From: Eutreptiella sp. 'Long Island Sound 2002'
Lineage: Eukaryota > Protista > Euglenida
DNA length: 64,000 nucleotides
NCBI GenBank assembly: GCA_964036045.1
Contig: OZ038378.1
Span: 64,294,001-64,358,000, forward strand
Reading direction: 5' to 3'
Part shown: piece by piece, positions 44,784-56,449 of the stretch
Layout: each line of letters begins with the position of its first letter
How positions within the stretch are numbered: the stretch's first letter is position 1
Made by a program: the position numbers and the translations under genes
The notes under the pieces: generated by a model
Seen by the model: only the letters and a program-made list of their open reading frames with translations
Database searches by the model: none
What the model was told of the DNA's origin: nothing

Positions 44784-47007
44784 TAGGGTATGGGAAACGT
44801 AGGTGCGCTTGCCACCATCCCTATGCTGGACGCAGCGGCGGGGGTGGCACATGAGAAGCAGTGCCCTCATCGCCTGAGTGTGCGGTGACGGCAGACGGGG
44901 TATGCCGGCCAACGCGATGTGACAGGTCGTGCCGGCCTGATGGTGAGCCGTACTGCCCCCGTGCATGAGGGTCGGACAGGGATGCTTCACCCGCCTGCCC
45001 CGGGTCGCCGCGTACAACAGTGAGGTGTCATGGGTCGTCCCGACCTGGGTAATAAGGCCCAAACCCCTGTAGGGTATTCTCATGACACCGGGGTCTCTAC
45101 TGGCGGCCCGGCTACGGTAGTTCTTGGGGTAGTTGCTCGGGATACTCCGAGGGTACAGAGGTTTGTGTGGGGGCGGGCGACAACGCTACCGGCGCTGCGG
45201 TGCATGCGTTGCGACGCCCCCTAGGCGCGTTGCACAGGGTTGCGGGAGCAGCCTGCAGGCCCCGGAAACGGCAAAGTGTGCAAAGAGGATTGCGACGGCG
45301 TGATGGTCAGGTGGACCGTATGCTGGGCGTACTTGGGATGGCGTGGCGGTCTCGGAGGTGCTATCATGAGGGGTACTCGGAGTTGCGGATGACGGTGTAC
45401 GGTCACGGGGGTATGCGTGGCGGCACTGGGAGGTGCAGTCTTGAGGGGTACGCGGAGTTGCAGGTGACGGTGTACTGGGTTCACGGGGGTATGCGTGGCA
45501 GTACTGGGGTCCGTATGGTGGGAGTACCGGGGACACGCGGCGGTACTGGGGAGCCGTACTGTGGGGGTAAGGCGGAGTCGCATGGCGGTACTGGGGTGTC
45601 TCCCTGACCCCTCTAACAACTCAAGGGGATTGCAGGGGCATCCCCTGGCCCCGTTAACAAACTAGAGGGACCGTGCTTGAGGGCATGTACATAGTCTAAC
45701 CGTTTGACCACGGCCTTGCGGTTGCGGTGGTGCGTGCGGTGGCGGCTCGTAAGTGGCATCGGCGTAGCGACGGCGGTACTACACGGCGGCGTAGCACCGA
45801 GTATGCGGTCGCCTCTATATACGTGTAATCTACATAGTCTTCACGACAACAGCTTACTCCGGGGGGGCGCCTGTCCGGTCGGCTAGAGGCGACATGCAGA
45901 GTGGTCCAGGGGGGTGACGCGCGGGCCAATGCTATAAGTAGGCTCGCCACGTCGTCGGTGGGGGCCGAACCTGCGGCCTGGCCGCTGCTGTGGCGGAAGA
46001 GGCGCAACCACGGGAGCTGGCCAATTAGTACAGGTAAGGGTCAAGGGTAGGCGCCAGGGCAATGTATGCGGGCCAGATGAGGTAGACCTGGTTACCACGG
46101 CCTGGGGCGAGCCTCTGGTGGGTACCCCTGCAGGGGGTGAATAATCAAGCTACGGCACCCACGAGCCCGAATCCCAGCTAGCGATATTCACGGGTTGCGC
46201 CACTCCCGTCGCGGGGCGGCCGGCGTCCCCCCCTGTAGACCCTTGTTATATTATACGTGGGCAAGCGGGTGCCTCGAAGCTGATTGGGTACTGGCCCCTG
46301 ACATGGAGTGCCGGCACGGTATATATCTGGGGTGTGGGTGCGGCTCACGGCCACGGAGAAGGTAGAGTTGCTACCATGTTTCTGTACTATACTGTGGGAT
46401 TGGTGTGGTGGGTCGGCGGCGTACATTATGGGGACATGGAGGCGATGAAGGCTTAGGGCCAGGCTAGGCTGGAGCCTCTCAGAAATCCTGGCTATGCTTC
46501 TACGGGTTATTGCATGCTGGCAGTGGGTCACGTGGAATCAGGGGTGGTGGTTAATTACGAGTACGCAGCTGGCAGTGGATTACGTGGGGTCACGGGTGGT
46601 GGTCGTCTCCACGGTGGCGGGGGTACGCGAACAAAGAGGGGTCCGCTCTTGCTTCGCCGCATGCGTGCTGCTTTGTACCTTGGTTGCTGCTTTGCGCCCA
46701 TAGGAGACGCCCTTGCTTTCTGCTTGTTGCTGTGCTGCTGCGTTGCTGAGCCTTGCCCCTTTACCCCCGGCGAACAAACGGGCGAGCGTCCGTCGCCGTT
46801 GCTAATGCTAACGCTTTGCAGTTGCCACTGCCCGCAAAGCCTGGTTGGCCGGTATCCCGGGTCCTTTGGGTCCTCCGTCATGCTGTGGGCCACCTCAGGC
46901 AGCCCTGGGACCCACGGGATCGAGCGAGGCAGGAACCACCTGTCGGCGCGAGATGCCCGGTAACTCCAGTAGACGGCATGATAAGTGGTTATGACTATGA
47001 CTATGAC
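38723..47007 (+). mobile_element. LINE family B, right copy: 5'-truncated in the APE C-terminus, complete 3' end with (TATGAC)3 tail
   Basis: Begins AEEEDRRPTRAGHRLDSFLLN...GSDHGPVVLD (APE end), then linker, RT, RNase H, zinc knuckle, long extension and tail at 46990-47007. Confidence 0.95.
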
Positions 47008-47021
47008 TATATATATATATG

Positions 47022-47075
<54 letters not shown>
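47008..47075. repeat. (TA)n(GT)n microsatellite following the LINE-B tail
   Basis: Directly visible; ends in ATATGGG. Confidence 0.95.
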
Positions 47076-47077
<2 letters not shown>

Positions 47078-47529
47078 GGCGTTTTCAGGGGGGGGGGGGG
47101 GGTTGGAACCATCCACTAACTGGGGTTTTTGCATTGTCGGCTGATTTCTCGGAATATGTTGTTCCGTTGTTAGGGGTATGTTATACTTTTTCGGAAAGCC
47201 ATTGAAATGGGGTTTTCGGAGATGTATGGGTTGGGGGGGGGGGTAGGGGACCATATTTTTGAGAATTTTGGCCGCTAGTGTGGACGATTTGGGTTTTTTT
47301 ACCCTGTTATGGTCTGGTAGCAGATTGGCTGTACAGCATTGCATCTAAAATGCGTCAAAAACGGGGTTTACCCAAATTGATCGTGGACCATTTGGGGTGC
47401 ACAAACAAGTGAAATGAGCCAATTTCAAGCCCGACGTGGGCCTTTTTTGGCCCCCGTAAGGTCCCAAAAGCGTTGAAAATGCGACATTGTACATAATTTG
47501 TAGCCAGCCCTTCTTGGCCTCACGCAAAT

Positions 47530-48476
47530 ATGCTAAAGGTCGTCACAAACCATCGCGGGTCCACCTTGGTGGAATTCTTCCAAGTCACACTGCCAAAGAT
47601 TGCCAATCTTTGGGGTTCCCGCCCCTTCGCCTTTTGTGGGCGTGCCCCTCAACCCGAGCCATGGATGTGGCTAGAGAGCCAAGCGGTGCATGTGGCACAT
47701 GTGTTTTCAATGATGAGGATGCCCTCTTTTTCTGACCCTCAAAACAACGATGGTTGAAGGAACAACCTATTAAGGTGTATCGGGCCATTAATGGTGTTGC
47801 AGTCGCCCAATGGAAAGCCACATTGCGTCAGATTGCGGAAGGGACCTCCATTACATGGGATAAATTTGTCGCCGTTCTCCGCATGCACCGTGTGACAGCA
47901 GATGGTTGTACTTGTGCTAACTGTTTCGCATTCGCAATGTGTGAGGGTGTTTTGTTGTGGCACCTCATAAAGGGACCGGGGTTAAATTACCCTCCCGGTA
48001 TTTATGGGACATTCTTGCCCACTACCGTTTTAAGTTGCACCGTATTGAGCGCAAGGTTACGGTATGTGCTGCGCCATCAAAAAAGGTCCGCACATGAGAT
48101 TCACGGAAACTTGCATCACTGGAAAAAAAGGCGCCTACAAAAAGGTCGCCGTAAGGTGGTGGCTGGTAGTGATGCCGATAGCGACACTGATGTCCCCACG
48201 CTTTCTGCGGACAGCTGGACTACCTGCCCCCTTGAGAAGGCACCCAATGATGGTGAGGCTGAGTCTACTACTCTTGCTGTGCCCCAAAAAGTTGATAGCA
48301 TGGAGGTGCATCGGAAGAATTGGCATTGCCTAAACCTCTTTTGGCCCCCTTACGTGTGTGGCCAATGTCACAAGGCTGTGTACCTATGGGGCATGCATTG
48401 TGAAGGGGTTGGCTTTTGCTTGCTCGCTTTGGTGTGTCCAATATGTGGTAGGGCCCACCCTAACACAGAGAAGTGA
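47530..48476 (+). pseudogene. Decayed Mutator-like transposase C-terminal half with SWIM-like zinc finger
   Basis: HRVTADGCTCANCFAFAMCEGVL resembles the SWIM pattern CxC..C-x-H (His lost). A terminal CPICG is present; frameshifts and stops lie upstream. Confidence 0.45.
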
Positions 48477-48839
48477 CTGTTTCAAAATTGGTGTTAGGAG
48501 GTAGACGTTGAGGAGGTTTTGACCGCCACGCTCCCAAAGGAATCCGTGTCTGGTGACGAGGAGTTGGACCTCCTTTCTAATCCTCTTCTAGCTTCTCCCC
48601 CGGGGAAGGATGGGAGGAAAATGAGGTCTAGTCATCTGATTAGGAGGTGGGCCTCTTTGCGCCTCCTCCTACCACCCCTGTGCCACGGCAGAAGGTGAAG
48701 GAAAAGAAGGCTTTACCAAGTGACCCCCTTGTGCCACAGAAGAAGGTGAAGGAAAAGAAGGCCTTGCCAAGTGCGTCCCCTATCGACCCTCCAACTTCAA
48801 AAAGGCGTACTCAAGGTACCATCCCGAGCGAATCAACCC

Positions 48840-49420
48840 CTTTGGGGGTGGGAGATTGGTTGACGGACAAGGATATCTTGTGTGGGTTGAACCAAGAGCT
48901 CTACCACATGGAAATCGATGAACCATATGTGTGGACTCTTGTGGTTGCTTATATCAAGAGAGTGTCCAGGTGGATGCCAATGGTTGAATTTGGTTCCACA
49001 TTGGCTCCTGGTGCCGTTGCCACACTTTTGTGGTCGATAGCAATTACCAAGAAGGGTTGTACTGGTTTGTGTGTGCCTACGATTGTCGCGCCCGGTTGGA
49101 ATGCTTCATTGTTTGGGTTTGAGAACCCTTGAGCTCCATTCATTTGATCCGTCCTTTCTTATCGGCGCTCAAGAAGCTTTGCTTAACCACTAAGCACCTT
49201 GCCTTAGGATTCCAAAAGGACGGTTGGTTTTCTAGTTTTCAAAGCTTGCACATCACAAACTTGGTGGTGGATCATCGGGGTTATTCTTCGGATGTTCCCC
49301 TCACCCCAATGGGTCCGGGTTTTGTCAACTATGTGTTGAGCATTGTTAATGCTAATCGTGCTGTGCAGGTTGTTGAACCTGCTGGTGATGATGAAGGGCG
49401 TGACCGGGCTTCCTTGCCCT
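48840..49420 (+). pseudogene. Decayed Ulp1/C48-like cysteine protease domain
   Basis: GDWLTDKDI...DSNYQEGLYWFVCAYD...VWV*EPLSS...GFQKDGWFSSF matches the WL..I / N..HW / D / Q-x-DG-x-SCG layout, with the catalytic His and Cys positions mutated. Confidence 0.55.
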
Positions 49421-51379
49421 CCTGAGCCCCCCCACCCCTCAAGCACCCAAGTTGAAGGTGCACTTTCGGGGATCGAGGAGAGTGTTCACGCCACCTTCGG
49501 CCCTCTCAAGGATGCCGAGCAAAGCGTGGAAGCCCTGGAGGCCAAGGCGCACCCTTCCATGCCCACTCTTGCGAAAGAGGAGTCCCAAGGTCCTCATCTG
49601 TGGAGAGTGGCACAAGGTGCCGGATGGCTACCCAAAAGATGCATCGGGCCAGCCAGCGTGTGACCAGTAGTTCATCAATGAGCTGGCCACGCAGCTGGTA
49701 GCTGTGGCTTGTCGGCTGAACACCCGTCGTGGCGCAAAGCCCAGTCCAGCGACACAAAAGCTAACCTCATCTACGAGTGTGCATTCTACAACAACTTGTA
49801 GCGGGTGCATGTTGTGTAGCCTGATATTTTCCTCGGCATATTAGGTGTACCAATGGTGGTGCAGATAAGCATGCTATTATATTGGCTCCATCCTAGTGCC
49901 TTGGTGGCCTACAGTGGTGCCACTAACGTTGGCCATGGCCCTGTCAGGACTCTTTTCTTGAGCCTGGTTTTGTCCCCAGTGCCGGCACACTGATGTTGGC
50001 CATGGCCTTGTCAAGACTCTTTTCTTGAGCCTGATTTTGTTTCTAGTGCCAATGACACCATGTGATACTATCTTATGTTGGCTGAGTCCCAACTAATTGG
50101 TGGCCACACGGGGTGCTTGGTGCTTTGTGGACTTGGTGTCCCATCGTTAAGGTTGCTATGGGGTGCCGTACAGAACCGGCATTTGTACATATTGGGCTGG
50201 GAATGCAAAAGTTGCATTTCTTTCAATTTTTTAATTTTTTTTTATACCTTACACGATTTACCGCAAAAAAAAATTACGCGACTTACCGCAAAAAAAAATT
50301 ACACGACTTGATGATTTTTTTGAACACAAGTTTCATTTTTCACCTGCAATATGCTCACAAAGTGTGTGGTTCATAGCGTCATTTTGTCTTTGCACCAAGA
50401 TGGATTCACCACCAAACCCTGCAAATTGCCTTTTGGTTGCATGACAAATAACAATGAACAACAGCGATTCAGTGGGAAACCCTGTGCACACACACACATA
50501 CAGCCTTGCACCAACCCTCTGCCCGCCACTCCCTCTTGCAACCTCTATTGGCGCACAAATATCGTCAAAGATATGAAGGTCTTTGCGAGATGGTGTTGTC
50601 CGCAATGTTTTTTTTTCCGAAACGACCTCATCACTCTGTGCTAACCCTTGGCATGTGTCGTGCCACACGCTGTGTGTTCCCGCTGCCAGTCCCGGCTCCG
50701 TATTGCGTTTCATTGCAGCTCTGTAACGCACATTGCACACCCACAACTTCACATGCACAAACCGTTGATTTGTGGGTCAGAGGGAATGTGGGTGTTGCCA
50801 TGGAGGAACATGCACCGGTTTACAGGCACCCCCGAAAATGGAGTCAAATAGACCACCCGTCGGGCTGTGTTGCGCTGCCATTTCCACACGTTGCCTCAGG
50901 AGATCATTCCCCAAAGCGCACGGCCTCCCCACTGCCCCGCGCCCACAGCACGCAACATGAAATTGACCTGCAAAACCCCCCGGAAGGGGATCTGGAGGCA
51001 TTGCAGTGGCTGGGCCAAGTGGCCGTCAACCAGACGGTAGACGATGGGACCAAGTTGCAGTTGCTGCTGCAGGTCATGAAGGGCCGTGAGGGCCTAAGAG
51101 ACCACAGCAAACTGATCCGGGCCCCCCAGAGCCAATGGCAGCCGCGCCACAAAGCATCCGAAGTGGCTGAGGTCCCGCACCTGCCACCGTCGGTTGCCTG
51201 GTCGGGATCCCTGCGACCCCAGTCGGTTACAAGGAACACGCAGAACACCCAGAGTGAAATCCGAATGCTGCTGGACTGGGTGTGTGCGGTTGCATTTTGG
51301 GTGAGGGTGTTGATGGCTGCGCACCGATGCAAAAGTGCTCCGGGGGCAGTCACAAGTGGTTGTCACCTCTCCAAGTAGC

Positions 51380-52090
51380 AATGGCGGTCAGATTGGATTT
51401 TTCATTAGCACTCGCACTAACAACTGACAGACGTGTTGAACAAGTACCGCCATAGAAGGCAGCAAAGCTGCATCACATACAGAGGAACTGTTACTCCCTG
51501 TTCCTATCATCATAGCTTGCACTTCAGTAGATCATGGCTGATTTGTACTGACTATCCCAGGGGCCCGCTTCAACACTTGAAACCAAGCAAACAGGAGCAC
51601 TCTAACAGGACGGAGTGGCAGAAAGGGACGAAGGTGAAAGGGACAAAGGTGTGGTGCAGCATCAGGGTATGACGAGGGCTCTTTGCGTGAAGGTGAGAGG
51701 GGCAGTTTGTCATGAGTGTCTTTGCGGATCTACAGATGGAGGACCTGCTGTACCAAGCGTATTCCCATGAAAACCTCGAGACAACGAAGCATCCCAAAGA
51801 GCCTTTCAGTCTGTTCACTCATGGGCAGCTGAATGCGTTGAAGAAGAAGATTTTCGCTGCTAGAGACCCGGGAGGTGGTATGTAGCAGAGGTTTTTCAGT
51901 TCGAGGGATCAAAAAGGCACCGGGCATAGGGGGCACAGGGGTGGACATGTATCAATTTCCAAGGGCACACAGTGCCACAGCATTGATGCCACACGGTCAG
52001 GTTGGATGGAAATTTCCGAAAGATTGGTGCCCCACGTGTGCGCTCTGCACTTCCGAGCCTTAAATGCCCTCTTTTGGCAGCTTTTAGGGC
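51380..52090 (+). pseudogene. Highly decayed LINE fragment (APE end to RT domain 0)
   Basis: VRLDFSL (~51387), SYHHSL (~51500) and KKAPGIGG (~51910) occur in LINE order and spacing, in different frames. Confidence 0.3.
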
Positions 52091-52214
52091 CATTGTTCAC
52101 AAAGAAGAGGTTGAAAGTTTCTGACCTACTTTTCTGACCTTTATCCAGAACCGAGAGCTGTATAATGTCAGAACCCTTGTTCGTTGGACCATCATTCTGA
52201 CATGTTTGTGAACT

Positions 52215-52420
52215 GTGATGCCTCTGATGCCCTGGATATTTTTGAAACCTCTGATGCTGCTAATGTTTCTAATGCCCCTAACACCCCTAATGCGCCCTGT
52301 GCTTGATACCTTGGATGCCTTGGAAACCTGTGATACCTCTGATACCTCTAATCCCTAAAATGCCCCCTAATATCCCCAATGTCTGCTATGCCGTTGATAC
52401 CTCTCACACCTCTAACACCT
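52215..52420. repeat. Degenerate 9-bp TGAT(A/G)CCTC minisatellite, short block
   Basis: Directly visible; same unit as 54455-55275. Confidence 0.75.
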
Positions 52421-52988
52421 CGCCTCAGTCAACCCAATGACCTCCCTTCCTGCCGCCCCCCACCCCTCCAGCGCCTTTGGGCTCAAGATAGTGCAGCTAG
52501 GTCGAGCCCTTGAGGCCACCTATTCTTCGCTATGGGGACCTCAAGATGGCAGGGGTTATGCAGGCACATTGATTCCCCCTCATCCCTGGGACCAAGATGG
52601 CAAGGGGGATGAGAGGCAGCTGTGAGCAGCTGTTGGGCAATTGGCTCGTGGTGTTGTGGCAGCTAACAAACGTCTCATACGCTACTCCAACTCAGATGAT
52701 GAAGGGGGTCATAGACACATCAGTAGATGTATTTCACATCAGTGGATGTATTTCACTACGAGTCATAAAACATACCAAGCCCATGAACAAAATCCTGAAA
52801 AGAAAAATCATCGCAGGGCTCTACCACAAGAGAAGACCGTACACAATTGTTTTTCACGGGGATTTCTATAATGCAGACATCCTGACCCTAGTGGGAACAT
52901 GCCACCTCTCTTCATACAGTGGAGGCATCCATTGTCAGGTGGATGAGCTGCAACATGACCCGCCCACCCCTGCATCCCCAAATACCCC

Positions 52989-54298
52989 CACTGTGGGGGT
53001 CTGTCGTTAAACCTAGTAAAAAAATTTTTTTCACTGGGTTCTGAAACCTAGTAAAAAAAGTTTTTTTTTTACTATGTTTCAAAACCTAGTAAAAAAACGT
53101 TTTTTTTCTTACTAGGTTTCAAAACCTCCAAAAACAAAAGAACTAGGCTGTAGAACTTTCGGGCAACTTGTTGGCCACTTCTGATCTTGTCCCCCGCTTT
53201 GAGGGGCTTTTTTCCACTGGCCTCGTGAGGCAGGGTGGTCCTTTAGGACCAATTTTTTTTTGTTAAGGACCGCCATTAAGGACCCCCACTATTGGATTTT
53301 TTGTCCAGGAGCCCGATGCGGGCCACTTTTGTTTCCCTTCCCTTCTGTAGTGGACCCCCGAGAACGCGGGGGTGACATAGCACTTCCGCCCTCTTTTGGG
53401 CCCCCGAGAAGGGAGGGGTGAGGCAGCTACTTCTGATTTTGTTCCCCTTTGTTGGGGAACACTTCTGCTTTTGCTCCCCTTTGTTGGGGATCCCCGAGAA
53501 TGCCATTTTGCCTCCCACCTTCTTTCTTTTTTTTTTTTGACTCCCATGCTTTGTTGCGTGGCCCCTCGAGTTGGGGTTAGGGACTCACAATCCGCAACTG
53601 GGAATTTTGCTTGAACTAGTAGAGGGCGAAAAAATGGGTTTTCACCCCATGTGTCTATACTCAAAATACTCAGTTTTTTCAGGAGAACCAAATAATGGAT
53701 GAAAACCAAATTGGACCAAATATCAATACCACCCCTGTGCAAACACACATCAGAGATGGCTCATACTCCAGTAGGTAAAGCAGTGCCTTTGCAAGTGGAA
53801 GGTCATGGGTTCAAACCCCATTGGGGGTAATCAGCAGACCCCTAGGCTGAGTCATAGACATCATGGGAAATTTTTTGTTTTTGTTTTTTTGTTTTTTTTG
53901 TGTTTTGATTTTGTCCCCTTTGTTGGGGATCATCGAGAATGCAGGGGTGACGTAGCATTTCCGCCCACTTGTGGGCCCTCCAGAAGGCAGGGGTTAGGTA
54001 GCCAATTCTGATTTTGTCCCCCTTTGCAACCCCCCCCTCTCTCCTCCAAAGGGTTTCGAAACATACATGAACTCCTTCTTCACAACATGCATGGTTTGGC
54101 CTGGGTGGGGCGCCATTGGCAACAGTGGCCGGGAATTGACCTAGTAAGGAAAACTTTTTTTCAAAATTTGGCTTTTTTTACCGAGTAAAAAAAAAACTTT
54201 TTCAAAAAAAATTTTAAAATTTTTTTCAAAAAGGTTTCACTACATTTTACTAGGTTTTGCTGGGTGCATACTAGGTTTCACCAAATGCCCCCGCTGTG
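52989..54298. mobile_element. ~1.3-kb non-autonomous TIR element
   Basis: Left CACTGTGGGGGTCTGTCGTTAAACCTAGT versus right reverse complement CACAGCGGGGGCATTTGGTGAAACCTAGT (~22/30 match). AAACCTAGTAAAAAA subrepeats face inward at both ends; no TSD is visible. Confidence 0.6.
53758..53829 (+). pseudogene. Degenerate tRNA-Ala(UGC)-like sequence / possible SINE head
   Basis: A-box-like TACTCCAGTAGGTA, TGC-centred loop, AGGTC variable arm and a perfect T arm ATGGG-TTCAAAC-CCCAT (B box). Acceptor and anticodon stems are broken. Confidence 0.6.
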
Positions 54299-54454
54299 GC
54301 CACCAGCTAACCCTTCTCCTCCTTTGGGCCCTTTGTGCCCCAAGATAGTGCATTGGTCACCGCACTGGTGGAACCAGTAAGCTTTTATTATAACCCTTTT
54401 TTAGGGTCTACGGTTAGGTTTGGAACCATTGAGGCTGGACTTCGGCTTTGCTTC

Positions 54455-55275
54455 CTCTAATACCTCTGATGCCTCTGACACCTGTGACACTTTTGATACC
54501 TTCGATACCGCCAACAACTCCGATACCTCTGATGCCTCTGATACACCCCAAATGTGTGATACATTTAATGCATCTGATACCTTTTATACTTTTGATACCT
54601 TTGATACTTTTAATACCTGCAATGCCTTTGATACCTGTGACACCTCTGATGCCTCAGATAAATTGTAAACGTGGGATACATTTGACACATCTGATGCCTG
54701 CGATACCTCTAATAGTCCTAGATACCTCTGATGATTATGATATCTCCAACACCTCTGATGCCTCTGATGCCTCTTATACAACCTTAATGTGATAAATATG
54801 ATGCATCTGATACTGATACCGCTGATGCCTCTAATACCTCCAATGCCTTTGATACATCCTAAATGTATGATGCATTTGATGCATCTGATAGTGTTGATAC
54901 CTTTGATATCGTGATGCCTCATGAACCTTGAATACCTCTGACCCAGTTATGTTCCTAACACCTCTTGCACCTCCGATACCTCCAATACCTCCAATACTTC
55001 CAATGCCCCAACACCCCTGATATCCCTGATACATCTGAATGTACCTGATGTTTCTGGGGCCTCAAATACCTCTGACCTTTTTGACATGTCTGATATATCT
55101 GATACTCATGACCTTTGACGCCTCCTGTGCCCTCTTCTGATATCTTGAATACATCTGATTTTTCTGATACGTCTGATAACCCAGATGCCTCAGATGCCTC
55201 TCATGCCTCATATGCCTCAGATGCCCCGAATCCTGATACATCTGATGCATCTGTTACCTCTGATACCTCTGATAT
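54455..55275. repeat. Degenerate 9-bp TGAT(A/G)CCTC minisatellite (~90 units)
   Basis: GATACCTCT/GATGCCTCT periodicity is directly visible. Confidence 0.88.
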
Positions 55276-56449
55276 CAGGATAGGGGAACCTTGAAAGCGA
55301 CCAAAGGGAGTTGAACGCATTTGGAACACGCTCGTTGTCTAAGTATTTATTTTCATTGAAGGCGTTTGGACGGCCCATCTCATTAGATTGGAGAGGTCAA
55401 GGGCTGCACATGTGAGGAAGTCGGACATTTATTCTGGTTTACAGTATTCGCCACTTTGTCAATTACAAGTCACTCTACTGAACCCAGCTTCCCTGGCCAA
55501 CCGGCAATGACTTCCCTACTGTATGCCTGGATCACAGTGCTTCCTTGGTCGTGGTGGTTTGGCCTCATGCTTGCTTCTTTGGATGTGCGGCCTTTGTTTC
55601 CAGAGGTTGATTGAAATCTGAGTTTTCCAAGAAATGGGACTGAAATGGTATCTGAATTGGTATCCCCCTCCCCTGTTGCAAACGCCGCCCTCCTGCCGCG
55701 CAGCCGATGCACCTGTGTGATGGTCGCACCCGGTGTGAACATGTGCTCATTCTCTCTTTCAGCCAACAAACGAAGCAGCAGCAAACCTTGGAGCACCGCA
55801 AAAGCCGAAATGTTCGCCGATCTGGATTCAGGTGTGTACACTGCCGACAGTCTATGTTGGTACGCATGTTGGAATGCAGTTTGGTACCTGATGGTGCGCA
55901 AAGAGCAGATCAAGGCTTGCGCTGTCATTTTTTTTTGGGGGGGGGGGTTGCGTTGTACCGTGGCGTACATCAGGGCTGTTTTCAAGCAGGTTTCCAGATA
56001 GATTTGTTTTTCAAAGGACAGCTCTCTGTCAACAATTATGAAAACAGCTCTCAACGACCGCTCAATCAGATGCCAATTTCTATTGGTTAATTGCCAACAG
56101 GCTCGCAAATCACCTCAAAGAGAGGTTGCTAGATCAAACGCAGGTGCGGATGTCATATCCCACCCCCCTTTGGGGGGGGTTATTTGCACAGCATACCCCC
56201 ATGTGTGAAATCCGCTGCATCACCCTTTTTAAGACCATCGAAATTATCCTGCAATGAATTTTTTCGATTTAGATCTACCCTCTCCCCCCTGTTACCTGGG
56301 TGCGGCTTTTTGAGGGCAGGGGGGGTTCAAAAGTTGGTTGGCCTATACAGGGGAGCTGGGTTTTTACCAGGGGAGAATTTTGCAGAGAAAACTTCGCTGT
56401 TAAGAAAGGTGGCGAAATTTTGGCGGAACAGTCCCATCCTTCGCCACAG

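Noticed and set aside
46033-46133. Possible GTAAGG...CTGCAG intron inside the LINE-B 3' region, conserved in both copies
   Set aside because: Splicing leads to a stop three codons later, and a sense intron would be lost on retrotransposition. Not supportable without RNA data.
54420-54792. Asp-Thr-Ser or Leu-Ile-Pro-rich ORFs
   Set aside because: These are translations of the 9-bp minisatellite, with frequent stops.
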